DNA of 64,000 nucleotides, taken from contig NC_043009.1 in NCBI RefSeq assembly GCF_006345805.1, positions 32,488,001 through 32,552,000 of the forward strand, given 5' to 3'. Source of the DNA: Octopus sinensis (lineage: Eukaryota). Both the position numbers and the translations under genes were made by a program. Numbering within the stretch: position 1 is the stretch's first letter; the number at the start of each line of letters is the position of its first letter. This document shows positions 27,056 through 41,137 of the stretch, piece by piece. The notes beneath the pieces were generated by a model. That model was not told where the DNA came from. It saw only the letters and a program-made list of their open reading frames with translations, and searched no databases.

Positions 27056-27942
27056 TCCTAAAGCATGTCTCCTGAATCCTAAAGTATGTCACTTAGATAT
27101 TAAACCAGAAACTCAGAGTTTGTGCAGTTTTAGGATCGTTTACCTGCGCTTGAACCCACGTCTCATATTGCTACTAGATATCTGTACCTGCCTTGTCTCT
27201 GGATCATATCGCTAAATGGAGAGCTCCGGTAAATTGTTGTGCAAGCCTTACTAGAACAAAAAATTCAGGTTATCCAACGCCAGAAATAAATATACCGCTG
27301 AATACATAAACTTGTTTCTGTTGTTAATGCTACTGTTGAATTTATTGTTGTTAAAGTTGTTCTTGTTTTTGTTGTTGTTCAGCCTGATTTCAGACTTTCT
27401 AGCCAACATTATCTCCCAGGAATGCCTGGAAAATCTCCATTTTCCGATGTTTCCTTTCATAAGCTTGTTCGGTTTGATTGTAGGGGGCGTGCGTGTGTCA
27501 GGCACACATGAGAACCTTTTAGAGTACGGGATATATCGTTACAACTCTGCTTCAGTGTTATATATAACTAATACCCGTAGACGTGTTCCTCTTCATTAGA
27601 GCAATATTCTGGATAGAATAGAAAAAAGTTTTTACTTAACAATTTAGATGAAACAGAAATGGAATGTGGACAGAAAAAAGAACAAAATTTTGTCATTGTT
27701 AATTGTAATAATAGATTTTCTAATAGTCTGTAGAGTTACTTAATTCAAGACAACATAACGAAAAAAGGTGAGCATGACTAAGAGAGATATGACAATAAAA
27801 CGATTACTTTCCGAAATGGCGAAAAAATGTAATACAAGAATGTGTGTATGTGTGTGTGTATGTGTGGTGGGTTAGTGAGTGTATGTGTGTGCGAGTGTGT
27901 GTCTGAGTGTGCAAATATATAGATAGACAAACAGACAGTCAA

Positions 27943-27943
<1 letters not shown>

Positions 27944-28013
<70 letters not shown>
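27944..28013. repeat. (GATA)n microsatellite
   Basis: Direct reading. Similar tracts occur at about 16610 and 54365. Confidence 0.95.
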
Positions 28014-28420
28014 TGTAAATATTAACTTATATTTCGTCACAAAATATATAGCTACAAATACTCTCACCGAGAACGTATGCAAATATTAACTTATATTCCA
28101 ATGCAAATTATGTTAAATGAATACATATGTGTATCTATATTATATAACCATGTGTGTGTGTGCGTGTGTGTGCTAATATGATTTTGAAAAACGTAGCATA
28201 TAAAAAAATAAAGGAAATAGTTCCACATATTCAAACTTATTTCTGTTACGGCTGAGTAGCTGACATTATTGAAAAATAATATCTAATCATCGGAGTGTCT
28301 AGGAAATTTCATTTTACTTCAGACTAGACTTAAAAATGATTGATGTATTTAGTTATATGAACAATAAGCAAGTGTATAATATATAATTATAATTCTACAT
28401 ATATGTATTTATATATGCTC

Positions 28421-28458
<38 letters not shown>

Positions 28459-29195
28459 TTGTGCTTGAGTATACTCGGTGTGTGTGTGTGTGTGTGTAAA
28501 CTTTAAGTTTCTTTTGCAGAAATACTACTAATAATAATAACTTGTCATTCATTTATTATACCTCGGCATCATTTTCAGTCTCCACCTCGCATCACGCACT
28601 CGTTTCAACGCTCTATATATTATATCATGGCATATCATATTTCATTATATTATATTATATTATATACGTACATACCTCTATGTGAATGTATATGTGTGTA
28701 TATACATGTATATACACACACACATATTTTTATATAAAGAAAGAGAGAGAGAGAGAGAGAAGGAAATGCGTGTAGTATGTATACAATGCACGCAATTGTA
28801 TACATACATACAAACTGGGCATACATATCTTTCTCTTTTTCGCTCTTCCTCTGTCTTTTTCCCTCTCTCTCTCTCTCGCTCTCTCTCTCTCTCTCAACGG
28901 ATGTATCTGTAGACATATACAATCTCTATTATTTTCATGAATATATAATTTACATTCCTGGACGCTGCATCAGTATAATTTTCTGAAATTTAATTTAGCA
29001 TTCTATGCTTCAATTATGTGTGTGTTTGTGCGTATAAATACCTTCATTTAGTTTTGGACACACTCACACCCACATATAATCCTAGAACTAATATACACAC
29101 ACGCACACACATATACATACATATGTATATATATACATATACATATACATATATATATGTATATATATATATATGTATATATATATACATATATG

Positions 29196-29270
<75 letters not shown>

Positions 29271-30206
29271 TATGTATGTATATATACACACATACATATA
29301 CGATTACATACATAACATGATATATATAAGCGTATATGTATGTATGCATATAAAACAAACGAGGGTGTAAAATGGATATATATGGAGGGAAGGAGTTGGT
29401 TCATGTTATGAGAGAATGTGGGATTTATTTGAGATTTAAAGATTGCTCGGTGTGTGTGTTTTTTGTTTGTTTCTTCCTATGCATAATAGCAATCATCTCT
29501 AGATTGAATTTGAATCTGGTATTCATCCATATTCTAAATTTCCAACTGAATACAATTTCATTCTGATAACACCTACTTTACCAAATTCCTATTCATATAA
29601 AATAATACGAACAGTTCCTGATACATAGAACTCAAAATTATCTTGATAAGATAGAAATTATCAGAAATTGATATGAACCAATTATCTGAGTATGTGTGGT
29701 ACTATATGTGTTCCTATACGCTAACAATCTCTCACAAATAGACATACGTGCAATGTGTTTTTCTAAAAAAAAGAAAATAAGGAGGGACAAGAACTGAGAA
29801 ACCAAGAGGTGTGTGTATCCTTGGTAAGGATAAACTATGTATTTATGCCAGTGCGTGTGTTGTCTTGTTTGTGTGTGTGTATGTATGTGTGTGTGTTTGT
29901 GTGTGTTGAGAAAATATACATCAAGTCTGCAATGTGTGCTCTACTGTCGAAATAAAAAAAGTTTCTAGAGCAATTTTATGTCCCAAAATTTATATATACA
30001 TATATACACGTATACATACAGATATATACAGATATATATGTGTGTGTGTGTATACATATATATGTGTGTGTAGATGTATATGTATATATGCATATATATA
30101 TGTATATATACATATATAAATATGGATATATATGCATATATATATATATATATACATATATAAATATGGATATATATACATATATACATATATATATATG
30201 TATATG

Positions 30207-30271
<65 letters not shown>

Positions 30272-30589
30272 TATATATACATATATATATATGTATGTAT
30301 GTATGTATGAGAGATAGAAAGGGAAAAGAGTATAAAAAGCATTTTTAATATCTAGGTAATTGTTTCCCCTATCTTGATGACTACACTTCCAAATATTGTT
30401 TTACACACCTATACACAAAAACACAATGGTGCATACTCAATCGCATATGCTTAGATATGTGCGCGCGTGCATGGGTGTGTCAGTGTGTCTGTGTGTGTAT
30501 GTGAATCCGTGTGTGCGTGTGAGTATTCATATGTGTGCATGTGTCTGTATGTGAAGAAAAGTGTAGGTAGATATTCACGTATATTCTTT

Positions 30590-30742
30590 TGCTATTCTTT
30601 AACTTCTTTCAGTCATTTGACTGCGGTCATACTAGAGCACCGGCGTCAGTCGAGTAAATCGGCTCCCGGACAAATTCTTTGCAAGTCTAGTGCTTATTCT
30701 ATCGGTTACTTTTGCCGAACCGCTATATTACGGGGACTTAAA
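30590..30742 (-). mobile_element. Family B SINE, 3' half
   Basis: TTTCAGTCATTTGACTGCGGTCAT...GAGCACCG...TTATTCTATCGG...GCCGAACCGCTA. Confidence 0.8.
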
Positions 30743-30785
30743 AACGTTATATATACATATATATATACATATATACATATATATA

Positions 30786-30843
<58 letters not shown>

Positions 30844-30988
30844 CATATAACTATGTATATGCTATGTGTGTGTATGTATGCCTGTGTGTACTTATATATA
30901 CAAATTTGTATGTATACGTATATATATATATATATGTTATAACATTTCTGGATGGTCACTTTTTCTTGTCAAAATAGAGTATATTTAT

Positions 30989-31035
<47 letters not shown>

Positions 31036-31980
31036 GTGTGTGTCTGTGTGTGTGTCTGTGTGTGTATATATATATATGTATGCATACATTGTGTATATTA
31101 CTGTATATATAAATTTATGTAGATATATATGAATGTGTGCCATTAATATAGTGTACCATGTTTGATCGTGTATAGCCTATATGTGTCTTGCTATCATTGA
31201 TATGCATATAGATGTGTGTATTTGCGATTTTATGTACGTGCATATGAACATTGATATATGCACATATATTTATTGATTTCAGCATAGAAAAAACATGGAC
31301 GACATGTCCAAAATTGTGTGAGTGTTGATTAAAAGAATCTATGTGGTACTCTTGGGATTACACATTGCTCTACGCAATACTACAGTATATTAACATTTTT
31401 CAAACAATAGATAATCAATAAAAAATATTCGATTTCCTAATCAATAAAAATAACGCTATTGTTGAAGTTTCATAGACACCTTCCTGAAAAATTTTAAGAT
31501 CTAGGTCAAGAAAACATTACCATTGCAAAACATTACCAATTCTAAAGAAATGCCTTTTTTCTTTGCTTTTTTTTTTTCGCATGTGGTCTTTTGTTTCTCA
31601 CTGTTGGCGTCTTTATCTAAGTACTTTTTGGGACATTTTTTTAAAAATAAAATGCATATTCTTTTTAGACAAAGTATGGATTCTATGTCTAGTTGGCTGT
31701 TTCATTGTTAGAGATTCATTGTCTTTCATTTAGGGAATAGATAAATCATGTATTTCAAGCTATTTTGTTTACTGAAAAGTGCCTTTTATAATAAGGCTAT
31801 GGAGAAGATACATTTGTGGACTGTACACATTCAATAACAGAAACTTATTAGAAATTATGTAGTATTCAAATATGGTTAATGATAGAATGTGATATAGAAC
31901 GACAGCTGTAAACAAACATTTTTCTTTATTTTGCAAGCGTCGAATGTGTATCATATGGTACAGACGACAAAGTAATATTT

Positions 31981-32212
31981 ATTTCTTTACTACCCACAAG
32001 GGGCTAAACACAGAGGGGGCAAACAAGGACAGACAAATGGATTAAGTCGATTATATCGACCCTAGTGCGTAAGTGGTACTTAATTTATCTACCCCGAAAG
32101 GATGAAAGGCAAAGTCGACCTCGGTGGAATTTGAACTCAGAACGTAACGGCAGACGAAATACGGCTACGCATTTCGCCCGGAGTGCTAACGTTTCTGCCA
32201 GCTCACCGCCTT
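31981..32212 (-). mobile_element. Family A SINE, full length, with 17-bp TSD
   Basis: TSD ACGACAAAGTAATATTT at 31964-31980 and 32213-32229. Head is AAGGCGGTGAGCTGGCAGAAACG. Confidence 0.95.
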
Positions 32213-32320
32213 ACGACAAAGTAATATTTCGAACGTTGTTTAGCCGAAAAAACAGCAGAAATATTAGGTGTTTTACCGTTATATGACGGAAAAAGTTGTC
32301 AGTAGGCTATTTTTGTCAGC

Positions 32321-32392
32321 GGCTAGTTTAGCTTAATTTGTAAAGTACGCAGCTGTTATCGAGGAGGTGCGGGTTCGAGTCCCTTGACTGCC
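32321..32392 (+). pseudogene. tRNA-like sequence (GTT at the anticodon position, Asn-like), degenerate
   Basis: 72 nt: GGCTAGTTTAGCTTAATTTGTAAAGT...CTGTTAT...GCGGGTTCGAGTCCCTTGACTGCC. A box, B box, D stem and most of the acceptor stem are present; the anticodon stem is broken. Confidence 0.55.
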
Positions 32393-34101
32393 TGCCGTCA
32401 ACTTTTTCCGTCATATGAGAGAAAAATACCCAATTTTTCTGCTATTTTCACGGTTTTAATCCGTTCGAAATTTACCTTTAAATGAGTTTCTACTTTTCAA
32501 CAATAGCGTTATTTTTATAGATTAGGAACTCTGATATTTTTTATTGATTATCTATTGTTTGAAAACCGTTAATATATATTTTACCCTTATATGAATTTTT
32601 CCGTCATATAATGGTAAAATAATCTTTCTGCTGTTTTTATGGCTATACTGCGTTCGAAATCTTTCTTGTCTGAATGATACAAACCTGCGATGTTTTTGAA
32701 ATTATCTCTGTAATTAATTCGCCAAGAAAGCATATAACGTTAATTCCGGGATGCACTCCAGGGGAGCCCTTCATGATCGCCAGCTAGTCTGTAGGATAGT
32801 TTGTAGAATTAGTACATACGTTTAATTTCTCTGAAGATATATATCAACAATTTGTGTTTAGAAATATTGTCAACAACACAGCACCTTTGCTAACAATATA
32901 TTTCTATACAAAATTCCAAATATTGCAAACAACTGGGACTTTCAATAAGCTTGCATACAAGAAGAATCCTTATATAAAAAGCTTATAGGGTTTGGGTCTT
33001 TACTCTGATCTTTAGTCATCATTAAATGTAGTTATTCTTATGTATAACAACACTATCAAATATAAGAACAATAATTAACCTTTTATTTTATCATGGAAAA
33101 TATTTACACATTTAAAACATTGTTCGTGTTTATTTTGTAGATTTAATATTGATATATCACCGCAAATATATTTGCGACGCTTTTACTGGAATAATTAACG
33201 ACTTAATATTTCATTTAATAATCTATGAAACTTTTATAGAAATATTCATAACACCGTATTCTTTAGTTAATGACTAAGACATCTCAAGTTTGTTGTTAAT
33301 AATAATTGCAATATATATACATAGAATTTATATATATAAAATTTTGTCATTGATTTTAACAATTATATACTATCATGTATGGAAAATATTTCATTGAAAT
33401 CAAAGACTGATACATAGAGGAAAACCCTTTAAAACATGGAAAACATTATGCCGTGAGGCAGAAAGATTTATAGTAAGCTGATGGTATCAATATCATTTTC
33501 TATTCAATAAAGTTCTAGATTGCTTAGAATATTTCTTAAGATTCACTAAGAAACCGATATAAAGAAACTTTCAATACATATTTCTTGTGGTTCCCAGCTT
33601 TATAGCGAGGTATAAGGATTCTCCACGAAAATACCACCAGGATTAATGCTGCCATTTATGATATATTTTATGAGATTTTAATGAAGATAATGTTTAAACT
33701 GAATTTCTAAATTCAATGAAGTAGGTAAAATGAATTGTATGAGATTTTGCTGTCACATAACCAGGCTGCGCACTTTAAAGGTATCCAGCTTAAGGGATTT
33801 ACCTCAAGCTAGATATAAACATTCACTTGTATATTTGTAACATAAAAGCATGCTTGCTTTAACAAACACACACACCTACATACGGATGCCCACAAATACT
33901 CTCAAACAAATATGCAACACCATATTTTTGTATTTTTTGTAAAAATATACATATAGCTGTGAATATATTATTTATATGCAATATTTAGTGCTTTACATGA
34001 CACAACCTAAATTCGTAGAATGTTATACTAGATCCGAATAAGTATATATGTACCTGGAAAAACAAATATATGTTAAGTGTACAGCGCAGATGTTCTGTAT
34101 A

Positions 34102-34319
34102 TGAGGATGGTTGCTGAAAAGTTCTTGGCTTTGGGTAAAAGAAAATGCTGGAGGATCGGTTTACTGTGATTTTATTCCGCATTACCTCCTCTCAGATTCA
34201 CGCACTTATTACAGATGTCCTTCGGGTATTCTAAGCCCTGTAAAAGAACTTGGAAGATTGGGCCTCCAATCAGCTTTTCGCGATATCTTTAAAGCCCGTA
34301 ACTTTTCAGCAGTCCCTCG
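34102..34319. mobile_element. Mariner-type MITE
   Basis: Imperfect ~20-bp TIRs (TGAGGATGGTTGCTGAAAAGTT / reverse complement CGAGGGACTGCTGAAAAGTT), TA-flanked. Confidence 0.75.
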
Positions 34320-34866
34320 TATACATGTATGAATACACATACACACATATATACACACATATATACACACATATACACACACTCACACACGTAGAGAGTT
34401 ATGATATTTTGAATTACTTTTGTTAATGGTGCGACTTTTTCTTTTGACATTTGATAACAACCGTTACTTTTAGCTTATTTACAGTCATTTATTTTTAAAA
34501 TAAAAATATTATTTTATCGTGAGCAATCCTTAAGACTTGCTTTGTTTACATTTATTAACTTCTTTCCAGACATTCATTTAATGAATATCAGTTACATCAG
34601 TTATATTAACGAACGCCTTCCATATCCTGTTCTGTTACTTGTTCTGAAATCATAATCACCTGTAGCATCAACGCCTTTTATTATGGATTTAAGTATGATT
34701 TTTAAAGGTCTACTAAATTCCACCATATTTTGGGTGGGTTCTCGGACAATTTTTTGAGTAACAATTAACTATTTATCACAGGCGTATGAGTTAAGATATT
34801 GCAAGAATAATTTAAGATATTTCAACAGTTTCAAATTATCTAAATAGCTTTTAATATAAAATATAT

Positions 34867-34977
34867 TGGCCTGCTCGCTTAGCCAGCGGGATGGCGTCAC
34901 TTGAAGGCTAAAGCAATGCAAAGCGCATTGTGACCAGCGATGTGTAGCAACATCTGATAGTATGGTCGGTCACGGTG
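34867..34977 (+). mobile_element. Short retroposon 3' fragment (probably a LINE tail) with TSD
   Basis: GC-rich island GGCCTGCTCGCTTAGCCAGCGG...GGTCGGTCACG in AT-rich DNA, flanked by ATAAAATATAT at 34856-34866 and 34978-34988. Confidence 0.5.
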
Positions 34978-36621
34978 ATAAAATATATATTGATAAAAAG
35001 CGTAAAGCTTGAGGTGTCTTTTGTGAATATCTAAATCAAAACTACTACATCATGTATGAAAGTGATTAATGTATTAATGCGAATTTATTAGCCAATTAAA
35101 ATGATTGAGCATTTGAGAACGTGACACGTTTATAATAAACCTTAAAATTAATTGGTAATGATGTTTCCTTGGCAACGAATTAGACTTAATGAATATAAGT
35201 TTTAGGAAAGCCTAAACCAGCATCGTCCGAAAGGAGTGAATTGATTTTCGTCAGTTAACTGTTTGTTTTAATTTTCGATGCGTGACAATATATGTATATA
35301 TATATATATAAGTTGTCCGTTCACAAAGGGATTTATCGGTAAGTTGCCGAGTTGTTCCATTAATTCTTATCAAAAACCAACTCCAGTGAGGTAAAGCGGA
35401 AGCAAATTAAAACAGAATCCTATTGCATTCTGTCCGGGAATATATGATGAATCAAACAGTAAAATAAGGAAGTAGGTTAGAAAGTAAGGCGGTGGTAGCC
35501 ATAATTAGTTATAATGAAGAAGATGAATGAAAGGAAATGTTATTTAGGTCAGATTCAGTCATTATAATACCGAACTTGTAAGTAACGTGTGCTTTATATG
35601 TACCATTCAAATATTGCTCTGCTATGATTTCGGTAAAGCAACTTGCGAAGCTGATTGTTTCCCTTAATCGAAACCAGTTTGAAGACATGGAAAAGTAGAT
35701 CCCAGAAGGCTTGGTAAACTGTTTTTCTATAATCCTACAGGATTTAGGCTTTATTGTGCCATTATCATAATAGTTCATCTTGGAAAATAAGACAAGTCAT
35801 AATGAGGTGTGATATAGAAACAATAATTTAATGATGCAAACAATACATATCTTATAGACGAAAAAATCTATTTGATTCTATTAGTAGACAGTGCAAAACA
35901 TTTCGTGCGGTAAAAGATATGTCTTATCTTTTGCAACATCTGTGGAAATTCCGAATATTTTATGCTCTCATTAGACTTCCTCAGAAAAACATAGCTATAA
36001 CAATTTATTGTAAGTTGGTTCATAAATGTACTAGTCCGAACTGAGAAGGAATGAAACGAAACTGAAAACTTAAGTACTACATTTACGTAGATATATAACA
36101 AATTACCGATAGATAGATATAGATACACATATATACGCATACATTTACGTATACGTGCCTATTGTACATAGAGAGACACAGATGCGCGCGCACACACACA
36201 TATACATATATCATGATACATATTTTGTGTCTAAGTGTTTTTGTTAATTCAATGATATACACATTTTAAAAGAATAATTGCAAGGATGTATTTCCCATTC
36301 ACATTATCTGCAGTAAAGATCAGTAATTTTGTGAAAGCTAAGATATATAGTAGAGTGGTCCAAGAAAATCTAAATAAAATTAAAACACCGGAGAGATGAT
36401 AAGATCTATTGCTTTTATGATTAATTCTGGCCACGAAAACAGGGGAGACGTTTCGATTATTTCTTCTAAGACAAGTTCTCACTATGTAAGGCTCTGACCA
36501 GCCAACATGTGCCTCAAGGAAATATGACATGTTTCTCGCGATATAAACAATGCAGATAAAAGAACAAATTGGAGAACTATTATGAATTTGAAATAAAGCT
36601 ATATCGGTTGGGATCGACACA

Positions 36622-36698
<77 letters not shown>

Positions 36699-37694
36699 GG
36701 ATATCTATATATCTATGTCCATATCTATCTATCAATCAATCAATATATCTATCTATCTATCTATATATCTATCTATCTATATATCTATCTACCAATATGT
36801 GTGTGTGCATATATGTGTGTATATACCTCTTCCAGTAAATACAGAAATATAAAACAATAAATCAATAAATAAATATGGGAATATAAAGCAATCAGCGAAG
36901 ACAAGGGAAATGAATTGTTTGCCAAGATGTGTGTAAAAACTCAGATTAAAACACAACACGGCTCTACCCACAAGGAACTGACTCTCAGTGGAAAACTGTC
37001 GCACGTGGTTTTCGTAGAATATTGATTAGTTTTATTATCTCCCACAATACCTCTCTACATACATGCCTGTGTGTGTGTATATATATAAATATGGGGTATA
37101 TATATAGACACACTCATATATATATATATAAACACGTATATATAAACATACATACATGCCTACATATATGTGTATACATATACATAATCACCAACCAGTT
37201 GGTTGTTTCATACACCACCCAAAGCAAGCTGTTTTCTTTATAACGTAAATTACAAAGTTCCAATGTTTTTTCTATCGTTGTATTCTCTTTATCTTTCAGG
37301 TTTGTTCAATTGCGAGACGCTTGTAGAATACATCTTCAATATCGCTCATATAGAGAAGCGGACGAACAGTCAATAATTAAATATTATCTGAATTATTACT
37401 ACTATTTATTTATGCATGCACTGGTACCCTTAAATAGTCGATTTCTTGACCGTTCAGTAACCAAAGAGATACGTGCGTATGCCTCAATATTTCTCTCCCT
37501 ATACACACACATATATACAGAGAGAGAGAGAGAGAGAGATGTATAAATAAGCATATATATATACACACGCATACACACATATACACACATATACATATCT
37601 CTAAAAAAAATATAAATATATATATGTATGTATACATATATGATACGATACATATAACATATATAGATATGTACGTATATATATATATATAAAT

Positions 37695-37741
<47 letters not shown>

Positions 37742-37990
37742 TATATATATACATACATACAAACATGTATATGTATGTACATGTATATGAATGTATACAT
37801 GCATGAATCTCATAAAACGTGGTTAGAAAACATACTTCATGACTCAGAGACATGTCTGAGTATATATGCTTATATACCGAAGTCAGAGCAGACAGATACA
37901 TATGTATGTGTGCCTGTCCATGTGTCTGTGTGTCTAAGTGTGTGTGTGTACATATGTATTAATGTATTAATGCATGAGTATAGATACAAG

Positions 37991-38185
37991 GGGGCGAGCT
38001 GACAGTCTCGTTAGCACGCCGGAGGGAACCGCTTAGCAACATTTCATCCATGTATATGTTCTGATTTCAAATACCACTGCGGTTAATAGTACCTTGAACC
38101 TTTTAGGGTCGATAAAAATGGGTACCAGTTGAACACTTTTCTTCTCTGCAGAAATTACTTGTCTTGCGCCAAACTGAAACATTGG
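37991..38185 (+). mobile_element. Family A SINE, diverged
   Basis: GGCGAGCTGACAG...GTTAGCACGCCGG...GGGTCGATAAAAATGGGTACCAGTT. Confidence 0.75.
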
Positions 38186-39980
38186 TGAATGGATTGCATT
38201 TAGATATTGGTATACGCACCGAAACTTGCACACAGGTGTATTATACATATACAAAGCGCAAACATGAATATATCTGGAAACATATATGCATAAACATAGC
38301 ATACATGTTAATGTATATATTCGTATATATATATATGCATGTGTGTTTATGTATATTGGTATTGATGTAAGACAGATTGATTCTGAGACTCACTACATGT
38401 TCCACAATTTAGTTTTTAAATCATAATGAATTTCAAAGTATCATCTTTCTTTTTCTATAATTATGAGTGTATTAATATTTGCAGTAGCAGAAGATACTTT
38501 TGCCTTCATTTCATTATATTAGCTCACGTCTATTTAATAATTTGCTTGTTCGTCCGCCCGTTACACTTTAGTTAATTTTCGGAGAGGTGGAGTAAAAGTG
38601 TGTACATGTGTGTGTGAGAGAGAGAGATTGGGGTGGGAAGGAGATGAGGAGTTTGAGTACAGAAGAATTAACTGAGGAAGAATTAGGGGAAAAAGTATGA
38701 TGAGGCCAAATGCGAGACGTGGTTAGTTGAAGAACAAGAGAAAAAGACAATGAGAAAAAAGAGGGAGAGAGAAGTGTTAATGAAGAGCTGTAGATTGGAT
38801 ACGTAAATGTAAGGTGAAAGATATATGTTTAAGGATACAATATTTAGCAGAGGGTACTGTTCTTGTTGTGAGGTTAGAGAAAGGCATAAAGGGAGGAGAT
38901 AGATAGGGGAAGCAGTTACATTAAGAAAGAGATAGAGACTTAGTGGAAATGAGAGGTGAAGGGAAAGAGAGACATGTTAAAGACATGAAGACGGGAATTA
39001 CATGGTTAAACAGTTTGTTGAAGAGGGAGAGAGAAAGAGAGAAATATAAAATGCTTAGCAGGAGGAAATTTTAAAACCTAATATGTTATTTTGACTGGAT
39101 GTGAAATACTTAACAAAATAAACAAGAATACAAATCTTCCTTTCTTTCTGTGGAATTTCCACGGGACCTACTACCTCAGTCATATGTTCTACCTTCTGAT
39201 AAAATCCATTTATTTCTTTACTTTCAATAATTTTTGTGTTTTGGGGTTTTTATACAGAATAGCTATGTTGCATACTTATCTGCCCAAATTTTACACGCAC
39301 ATATTTATAATTTCATGTAAAACCAAGTATTGCAGAAAGCAGAATTGCCCAGCTTCTGTATTATCTCAGTTCCCTTCTCTTCCATGTCATCAACTTGACT
39401 TGAAATTTGCTTGATTGTACTGACATCGTGCATTTCTCTAGTACAAAGGACTTCTTAATGTCCTTGCTAAAATTGACATAATTGAGATTCCAAAACAGGT
39501 AATTATATGCAGCATGCAACTTTAGTTCAACTACGAAGAAACACAGTGAATGTTTATAGTCTTCGCTTTCTCCAAATGAATTTAATCATTAGCAAACTCA
39601 AAGCAACAACCTTAGGATGACATGATGACTATTTGTACTGACATTTGAAATATCCTAGCAGATATTTCTGTAAGGCTAAATCTTCGATTCATAGTATTGT
39701 GCTCTACCATAAGAACATTGTTTATTGTTGTGCAAATGAAGAGCACCATGGTGACATGGGATTTCTGCACTTCTAAATATTTTATAAACCATGTATTTCA
39801 GACCAAAGCGAAGCACTTTTTGTAACAGATGCGATCAACAATCTGGTTCATTTCTGCGCAGTTCTGCATCGAGAAGTATTTATTTAAAAAAACACGCTGA
39901 ATTGTTCTCTACAGCTTATGGTAGCGATCATCAGTCTTCCATACACTACATGAATTTAACCTTATTTCCCCGTTGGACAT

Positions 39981-40318
39981 TTTTTATTCTTTTATTCTTT
40001 TTTTTGTTTCAGTCATTTGACTGCGGCCATATTAGAGCACCGCCTTGAAGGGTTTTGTCGGACAAATGACCCCCCAGGACTTATTTTTGAAACCTCATAC
40101 TTATTCTATCGGCCTCTTTTACCGAACCGCTAGTTTACAGATACGTAAATACATCAACACAGGCCGTCAAGCAGTGATGGGAGGAAAAAACACAGACACA
40201 CACACATTGATATACATATATACATATAAATGACAGGCTTCTTTCAGTTTCCATCTAACAAATCTATCCCAAGGTTTTGGTCGGTCCGACAAATAAGACA
40301 CTTGCCCCAGCTGCCACT
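39981..40318 (-). mobile_element. Family B SINE, head truncated
   Basis: Reverse-complement homology to 40888-41342 over the tail, central microsatellite and core. Confidence 0.85.
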
Positions 40319-40818
40319 CAAAACAGTCTATTAGTTGTTACTAGAAAAATGTAGATGTACAAATTCCTGTTCGGTTTTTGTAAGAGCTTACCACTAAACT
40401 AGAGTAAATTACTATTTTCACAGTTTGTCAAAATGCAATCAAAATTCGCCTGAATTTCTCAAAGATATGAAATGCACGTTTTTCATTCTGCTACATGTAT
40501 AGTGTTGCTGGTGGTTACACATGTATAATAGATACTAGCAGTTAAAGTGATTGTCAAGGTGTGATAGAAAATATATTTGTACAGAAGCAATGTCACAACA
40601 AATATTAATAGGTAGGCATATCTTATGGTTAATGTTATGGCTGTTAGAAGAACGAATGAAATTTTGTCCACGTGTTTATGATAAATAGAAACATGTGCAC
40701 ACACGAACAAGCATATCTGTGTATATGCATAAATGAAAACATTTAGAAACACAAATAAACGTACGTATTTATAATGGTATTCACATGTACACATTTATAT
40801 ACCTCAATCACACACTTA

Positions 40819-40859
<41 letters not shown>

Positions 40860-40887
40860 TCGTCGTGGTCCAGTTATTTCTTTTATG

Positions 40888-41059
40888 CGTAGGAGTGGCA
40901 GTGTGGTAAGTAGCTTGCTTACCAACCACATGGATCGGGTTCAGTCCCACTGCGTGACACCTTGGGCAAGTGTCTTCTACTATAGCCTCGAGCCGACCAA
41001 AGCCTTGTGAGTGGATTTGGTAGACGGAAACTGAAAGGCGCCCGTCGTATATATATATA

Positions 41060-41137
<78 letters not shown>

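Larger units (their letters stand above)
31945..32690. mobile_element. MITE/foldback element with subterminal repeats, left arm interrupted by a SINE
   Basis: 32226-32296 (ATTTCGAACG...AAAAACAGCAGAAA...TTTTACCGTTATATGACGGAAAAA) is the inverted copy of 32594-32661. A third copy of the unit lies at about 32402-32470 (minus). Confidence 0.75.

Noticed and set aside
28650-31132. Many 60-125 aa YI/CV/HT-rich ORFs (also at about 8.1, 11.3, 24.5, 37.5, 44 and 49.2 kb)
   Set aside because: (TA)n, (TG)n and (TACA)n lack stop codons in several frames, so these are artefacts.
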